DNA from: Candidatus Omnitrophota bacterium
GTDB lineage: Bacteria; Omnitrophota; Omnitrophia; Omnitrophales; JACROU01
Direction of reading: 5' to 3'
DNA length: 64,000 nucleotides
Assembly (NCBI GenBank): GCA_029261035.1
Contig: JAJDCD010000008.1
Coordinates: forward strand, 34,313 to 98,312
Below are positions 58,880-64,000 of the stretch, piece after piece. The position numbers and the translations under genes are program-made. Position 1 is the stretch's first letter, and each line of letters begins with the position of its first letter. The notes under the pieces were generated by a model that ran no database searches, was not told where the DNA came from, and worked only from the letters and a program-made list of their open reading frames with translations.

Positions 58880-60970
58880 TTATCGTTCTTCTAACAAAGC
58901 TTTAATCTCATCTAATTTTTCTCTAGCTTTTTCTTCACCAATTTCTATAAATTTCTTTGGCTCATAAAACTCTGCCCAATAACCATCAGAAACCACAGGA
59001 TTAATTTGCACATCTGATTCCTGTTCTGCGGTGGAAGAAATTTTATATTCCATAAATTGAATTGTATTCATCAATACATTGAAAATGTTATCCATATATT
59101 TCTTTTCTGTATTTATCTTAAATTGAAGCCAGAGCCGCCCAAAAAAGTTTTTTTCTTTCTTTCGCCTCTCTATAAGATCAACCATTTTTTTTCTGTACAT
59201 ATCTTTTCTTTCTTCAAATTGAGAAGGTCTAGAAAGAACATTCACTGAAATAATTTTAGAAACCCCCTCCTTAGCCAAAACTTTAACAGGAAGAGGATCG
59301 ACAACTCCTCCATCTATATAATATTTTCCTCTTAACTTATAAGGCCTTAATATACCAGGAACCGAAATGCTAGCTCGCAAAGCTGTAGCAACATCCCCTT
59401 CGCTAAAAACTACTTCTTCTGATGAAAATAAACTAGTAGCAACTATTCTCATAGGGGTTCTTAATTCCTGAAATGTTTTATCTTCTATCAAAGAACGCAT
59501 ATATTTTAATAAACGGTTCCCTTTAAAAAAGCCTCTGTGAGCCACAGAGAAATCTCTAATTCCTAACAACTTCATAAAAGCCTTACTCTTAGAGTTTAAT
59601 CCATATGCAATTTTAACAAGACCATCTGCGTCATACCCTGCAGCCCACATCGTCCCAACAAAAGCACCTATACTGGAACCTGCTATGATATCAATAGGAA
59701 TATTCTCTTCTTCAAGAACTTTAATAACACCTATATGAGCCAATCCAAAAGCTGCACCACTTCCCAAAACAAGCCCAACCAAAGTACCCGTTATTTCACG
59801 AGAAAGGTACCGAACCACCCGACTATAAGGAGATTTTGGATTTTCATTTGCATAAACTACTTCACCGCTAAGAGGGTATTTCCCCATTTCAGGAACATCG
59901 GGAAACAATGCAAATATTTTAGCCAAAAGAATCCGTTCCATTTGTTTCTTGTTTAGAAAAGACGCTTTTTTATTTTGAGTCACCAAAACTCGAATATCAT
60001 TTTTTCCAAATTTAAAAGATTCTTCAAATTCACAGTGTAAAGCTTTCGCTTTTTCTAGATTCTCCCTTTCTCCAGTCGTCAACATATAAACACAATCAGA
60101 TTGAGTTAAAATTTTCAAAGACAGATCCTTTAACTCCATAGACATATCCACCAAGACCACATCATAATGAATTAACAAAAATGTTAAAAGAGAGATTACT
60201 TTCTGATCTAGAGTATCTCTTGTCTCATTTTCCATATACAAAAAGTCAAAGCCTGCACGATGTTTATAGATATGTTCTCTCATAGCTTTTTCGTGATTAA
60301 AATCAGCCGTATGTAAATCAAATGCTTTTGCTTTAGTTTTATCAGATTTTTCCAAGATACCCTGCGCTACTTCAACCGCTCGCTCACTTAAATCAACCAC
60401 AACTACTTTTTTTCGAGCGTAATGGCAGAGACTTGCAGCAAAGTTCACCAAAAACGAAGTTTTGCCTATTCCTTCAGCAACACTAAAAACAGAAATAATT
60501 TTACTTCCTGAAACCTTCTCGACATCATATTTTTTCTTTAATCGGTGCCCTAACGAACGAGTCAAATGTAATGACAAGGCAGACATCTCTTTCATCATAG
60601 TTAAAAAATCTTGCTTATCGATCTTAAAAAGCAACGCATCATTCATCGCTTCAACATAAACGGAATGAGGCTTTTCTGTTAATATAGATATTTCCCCAAA
60701 ATAATCCCCTCGATGAAAATAAGCTACGGTCTTTTTTATCTCATCTTCCTCTTTCTGAAAAACTCTAAACCGTCCAGAAATGACAACATAAAAAGCATCA
60801 CCAGATTGACCTTTCTTATAAATCTGGTCGCCTTTTTTACATTCAATTAAACGAGATAATTTTTGAATTGTTTTCAATTCAGATGGGGAAAGAGATGAAA
60901 ATAAAGGGATATTCTCTAAAGAATACTCCTTATTAAAGTCTGTTTTTCTGCCGAACAATGAAAAACCCAT
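58880..60970 (-). CDS. cyclic-nucleotide-binding / degenerate ParA-like P-loop / patatin-like phospholipase three-domain protein (NTE-like)
   Basis: cNMP domain (FHRGDYFGEISILTEKPHSVYVEAMNDALLF); middle SVFSVAEGIGKTSFLVNFAASL...YDVVLVD (deviant Walker A/B of ParA/MinD type); patatin domain LVLGSGAAFGLAHIGVIKVL (GxGxxG), AGSSIGA (GxSxG), DGGVVDPLP (catalytic Asp). Confidence 0.75.
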   Translation of the reverse strand: MGFSLFGRKTDFNKEYSLENIPLFSSLSPSELKTIQKLSRLIECKKGDQIYKKGQSGDAFYVVISGRFRVFQKEEDEIKKTVAYFHRGDYFGEISILTEKPHSVYVEAMNDALLFKIDKQDFLTMMKEMSALSLHLTRSLGHRLKKKYDVEKVSGSKIISVFSVAEGIGKTSFLVNFAASLCHYARKKVVVVDLSERAVEVAQGILEKSDKTKAKAFDLHTADFNHEKAMREHIYKHRAGFDFLYMENETRDTLDQKVISLLTFLLIHYDVVLVDMSMELKDLSLKILTQSDCVYMLTTGERENLEKAKALHCEFEESFKFGKNDIRVLVTQNKKASFLNKKQMERILLAKIFALFPDVPEMGKYPLSGEVVYANENPKSPYSRVVRYLSREITGTLVGLVLGSGAAFGLAHIGVIKVLEEENIPIDIIAGSSIGAFVGTMWAAGYDADGLVKIAYGLNSKSKAFMKLLGIRDFSVAHRGFFKGNRLLKYMRSLIEDKTFQELRTPMRIVATSLFSSEEVVFSEGDVATALRASISVPGILRPYKLRGKYYIDGGVVDPLPVKVLAKEGVSKIISVNVLSRPSQFEERKDMYRKKMVDLIERRKKEKNFFGRLWLQFKINTEKKYMDNIFNVLMNTIQFMEYKISSTAEQESDVQINPVVSDGYWAEFYEPKKFIEIGEEKAREKLDEIKALLEER

Positions 60971-61076
60971 ATAAACTAAGCCTTCATATGAAATATCAAT
61001 GGTTTATTATATAAGTCAAAAATGAAATTCTAGGGTATATATATCGACTTAAAAAGGTAAAAACTATAGGGTAGCT

Positions 61077-61793
61077 CTAAGAGGATTTTAAGACTTTTTC
61101 AGGACAGTCCGTGATTACACCATCAAACTTCAACCGTTTCCATTTCGCTACTTCCAAAGGATTATTCACAGTCCAAACATATCTCTTCAATTTAGAAACA
61201 ATCAAACATTGTCTCGCAATACTTGAATGGGGGTGAATGGAGTGAAATTGATTTTTTATCGCTTTTTTGGTATTGGTTTTAGGTTTATTTTTAAACAAAA
61301 AACCTAAACGAATTTTAGGATCTATTTTTTGAATTTCTATTAATAGTTTCTCAGAAAATGAACTCACAATAAACATAGAATAAGGAATCTTCTTTTTTGT
61401 TATTATGGCAACAAGAGCTTTTGTTATTTCAATATGCTTATTCTGATTTTCCTTTATTTCCAACATCAGCTTTACTTTTGGAAGTAAAATACTTATAGCT
61501 TCCTCTAATGTAAGGATTCTTTCAAACGATTTTTTATGAAAGGAATTAGCATAATTGAACTTTTTCAAATACTTCAAAGTAGAATCATGCACTTTAGCAT
61601 TTCCATTTGAAAGATGCTTGATGTTTAAGTCATGAATAACAACCAGTTTATTATCTTTTGTAATACGAGCGTCAAATTCAACCATCGGCAAAGATAACTC
61701 TACTGCTTTTTTAAAACTACTTGCTGAGTTCTCTTGAGCTAAAGAAGGGACCCCTCGATGCCCTATAATTAAAAAATTAGATCTATTCCCCAT
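61077..61793 (-). CDS. glycerophosphodiester phosphodiesterase
   Basis: FLIIGHRGVPSLAQENSASSFKKAVELSLPMVEFDARITKDNKLVVIHD, the GDPD HRG...E.D...HD motifs. Confidence 0.85.
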   Translation of the reverse strand: MGNRSNFLIIGHRGVPSLAQENSASSFKKAVELSLPMVEFDARITKDNKLVVIHDLNIKHLSNGNAKVHDSTLKYLKKFNYANSFHKKSFERILTLEEAISILLPKVKLMLEIKENQNKHIEITKALVAIITKKKIPYSMFIVSSFSEKLLIEIQKIDPKIRLGFLFKNKPKTNTKKAIKNQFHSIHPHSSIARQCLIVSKLKRYVWTVNNPLEVAKWKRLKFDGVITDCPEKVLKSS

Positions 61794-61805
61794 CCCACTT
61801 AAGCC

Positions 61806-63299
61806 CTATTTTTCCGAGGAACTAAAAACTCTTTTGACTTGGCTCTGCCAATAAGAATATTGTTCTTCTCTTTTTTTCTTTAACATCTTAGGATGATATG
61901 TATTAAAACCTACTTTTAAATCTAAAGCTTTAGCACTCTTCCAGATTCCAGCTTTTATACCTGCCAATTTAGCAGTCCCCCAAGCAGTACTTTCAATCGT
62001 ATTTGACCTCAAAACGGGGATCCCCAAAATATCAGATTGATATTGCATTAAGAAATTATTTTGACTCACTCCACCATCTACTTTTAATGTTTTAATTGGG
62101 TTCTTGAATTCTTTGTTAATTAAATTGACCAAATCTTTAGTCTGAAATGCAATCGACTCCAAACTCGCCCTTATAATATGTTCTCGCTTAACCCCTCGAG
62201 TTAGCCCTAAAATAGCTCCTTTAGCCGCAGAGTCCCAATAAGGAGCTCCCAAACCTACAAACGCAGGAACAACGGTCACACCCATCGAATCAGGAACAGA
62301 CAATGCTTTACTCTCTGTTTCTCTCGCTTCTTTAATGAACCCTAATGAATCTCTGAGCCACTGAACTAAAGCTCCAGCAACAAAAATAGCTCCCTCTAAA
62401 GCATAAGCTGGTTTTCCAGAGGAATCACAGGCCATGGTGGTCAAAAGGCCTGATTTTGAAATTATTGCACGCCTTCCTGTATTCATTAAAAGAAAACAAC
62501 CTGTTCCATAGGTGTTTTTCATACTTCCTTTTTCATAACACCCCTGACCGTATAAAGCAGATTGCTGATCTCCAATAATCGACATCACAGGAATTCCGTC
62601 TGGAAGTACTTTAAAACCATCCGTCTTTCCAAATAAACCTCCTGAATCACAAACCTTTGGCTGTAAACCTGCGGGAACTTTAAATAACTTAAAAAGCTCC
62701 TTGCTCCATATTTTTTTCTTAATATCAAATAAAAGAGTTCTAGAAGCATTCGTGTAATCTGTTGCATGAACACCCGTAAGATTCCAAAGCAACCAACTGT
62801 CAATCGTTCCCCAAATTAGAGAGCCCTTTTTAATGGCTTCTTTACATTTAGAAGAATTTTGAAAAAGCCAAGTCAATTTAGTTCCTGAAAAATACGGATC
62901 GAGTAAAAGGCCTGTCTTTCGGTGAATAGCATTTTCTTTTCCAGCTTTTTTCAATCTCTCACAGATGGGAGAAGATCTTCTATCCTGCCATACAATAACT
63001 CGATGATAGGGCTTTCCTGATTTCTTATTCCAGACAACCACAGACTCACGTTGATTGGTTATCCCAATTGAAACGATTTTATTTTTGCTAATTTTTGATA
63101 TGGAGATAGCTCTTTGAATACTCCATTGAACGGATTCTAAGATATTTAAGGGGTCTTGTTCAACCCAACCAGGATGGGGGTAGTATTGTTTAATCTCACG
63201 ATATGCCTGGCCGACAACCTTTCCTTTCGAGTCGTAAATAATCGCACGACTTCCAGTAGTTCCTTGATCGATTGAAAGGACATAAGCAGATTGCTTCAT
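61806..63299 (-). CDS. glpK: glycerol kinase
   Basis: YVLSIDQGTTGSRAIIYDSKGKVVG...HPGWVEQDP...; FGGY kinase, 497 aa. Confidence 0.9.
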   Translation of the reverse strand: MKQSAYVLSIDQGTTGSRAIIYDSKGKVVGQAYREIKQYYPHPGWVEQDPLNILESVQWSIQRAISISKISKNKIVSIGITNQRESVVVWNKKSGKPYHRVIVWQDRRSSPICERLKKAGKENAIHRKTGLLLDPYFSGTKLTWLFQNSSKCKEAIKKGSLIWGTIDSWLLWNLTGVHATDYTNASRTLLFDIKKKIWSKELFKLFKVPAGLQPKVCDSGGLFGKTDGFKVLPDGIPVMSIIGDQQSALYGQGCYEKGSMKNTYGTGCFLLMNTGRRAIISKSGLLTTMACDSSGKPAYALEGAIFVAGALVQWLRDSLGFIKEARETESKALSVPDSMGVTVVPAFVGLGAPYWDSAAKGAILGLTRGVKREHIIRASLESIAFQTKDLVNLINKEFKNPIKTLKVDGGVSQNNFLMQYQSDILGIPVLRSNTIESTAWGTAKLAGIKAGIWKSAKALDLKVGFNTYHPKMLKKKREEQYSYWQSQVKRVFSSSEK

Positions 63300-63427
63300 C
63301 GAAACCTCTTCTTAGATTATATAAAAAATGTTACTCAATAGTTTTTTAATATTGTAAATAAGATTTCATTAAATTTTTTTTTGGAATTTTTTTTTGAAAA
63401 TTAAGTGGTAGGATAAGAAACAATTGA

Positions 63428-63823
63428 TTAAAGACCTTTTAATTCTGGTATCTCTTCAGGGTCTGCAAAATCATTGATTTTATCTTCAAGCCAATTATTA
63501 TAAGCAAAGTCTAGAGCTCGAAACTTATCTACCGGATCGATACTTATAAAACGCAAACCATATTCATTGCCAGCATTTTTCTCTTTAAGTTTTTTAGCCC
63601 ATACAACTTCAACGCTTACTTCTATTGGTCTGGGATCATCAGGGATACGAACTTCAATATCCATATTCGAATTTACTTTTAAAGCTTCATTTGTTGAGAT
63701 TTTAATACCATCACGTGAAACGTCATGAGTCAGACATGTGACTTTCTTATCTGATTTAGAAGATAAAAATTTAACTGTCATATAAGCATCAAATCTTTTA
63801 AATCTTCTTTTTTCTTTATTCAT
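63428..63823 (-). CDS. PilZ-domain c-di-GMP-binding protein
   Basis: RRFKRFDAYMTVKF (RxxxR) and THDVSRDGIKI (DxSxxG) at PilZ spacing, 131 aa. Confidence 0.7.
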   Translation of the reverse strand: MNKEKRRFKRFDAYMTVKFLSSKSDKKVTCLTHDVSRDGIKISTNEALKVNSNMDIEVRIPDDPRPIEVSVEVVWAKKLKEKNAGNEYGLRFISIDPVDKFRALDFAYNNWLEDKINDFADPEEIPELKGL

Positions 63824-64000
63824 CCTATTCCTCCTTTCATCAATTATTAATCATAGAACTATAAAAATAGAACTTTTTTTCATAAGTTGAAGGAAGTATA
63901 ACACACGTATTTATACAATACAAGAAAAGCACTTATTTATTTATAACCCATTTTATATCATGGGTTTACAGATATTATCTATTAATTATTTCCTGGATTT

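Noticed and set aside
63300-63427. T-rich tracts (TTTTTTTTTGGAATTTTTTTTTG) between glpK and the PilZ gene as a rho-independent terminator
   Set aside because: No convincing GC-rich stem precedes the T-runs on the minus strand. It is more likely an AT-rich promoter or spacer region.
1-64000. Search for CRISPR arrays, rRNA genes, IS elements or prophage genes
   Set aside because: No regularly spaced direct repeats, no rRNA-like conserved stretches and no transposase, integrase or phage structural motifs were found. The only repeat structures are the 27905-28235 inverted-repeat element and the GQ microsatellite.

Overview
The window is AT-rich, compact bacterial DNA. Nearly all genes sit on the minus strand in long co-directional arrays, and there are no rRNA genes, CRISPR arrays, transposases or integrases. 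The cell is diderm (LptD/LptA-like, Omp85, lipoproteins) and has sigma-54, c-di-GMP signalling (two GGDEF cyclases, one PilZ) and a TLC/NTT-like transporter fused to HEAT repeats.

Housekeeping content, in order: tal, accD, rpoN, one tRNA-Thr(CGU), fabI, a LOG-family protein, a hotdog thioesterase, a Nudix hydrolase, a DUF62 SAM hydrolase, rlmH, hflX, miaA, argS, rsfS, ogt, ald, nadE, a DAHP synthase, orn, rpsR and a CysQ/IMPase-family protein. A lipid and glycerol scavenging block follows: lysophospholipase, acyl-CoA synthetase, etfBA, crotonase, 3-hydroxyacyl-CoA dehydrogenase, a cNMP-binding/ParA-like/patatin protein, a glycerophosphodiester phosphodiesterase and glpK.

The dominant feature is one uninterrupted 19.4-kb ORF (28239-47642, minus strand, 6467 aa). 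Its organisation parallels eukaryotic midasin/Rea1. It has an N-terminal Sec-type signal peptide, about 2450 aa of helical repeat-like sequence, six tandem MoxR/midasin-type AAA+ modules in an A-B-A-B-A-B pattern, an acidic D/E-rich linker, an HExxH motif, a (GQ)n/(GE)n low-complexity tract encoded by a hexanucleotide repeat, a VWA/MIDAS domain (DQSGSMSG) and about 620 aa more. It lies convergent to a lone CheY-like receiver gene, and the gap between them is a GC-richer nested inverted-repeat element.

Other points of interest are a secreted protein with protein-kinase-like catalytic motifs next to an Omp85 barrel, the TLC-HEAT fusion, and an NTE-like cNMP-patatin protein with an embedded degenerate ParA-like P-loop. 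All functional calls are from motif recognition by eye; no database search was run.
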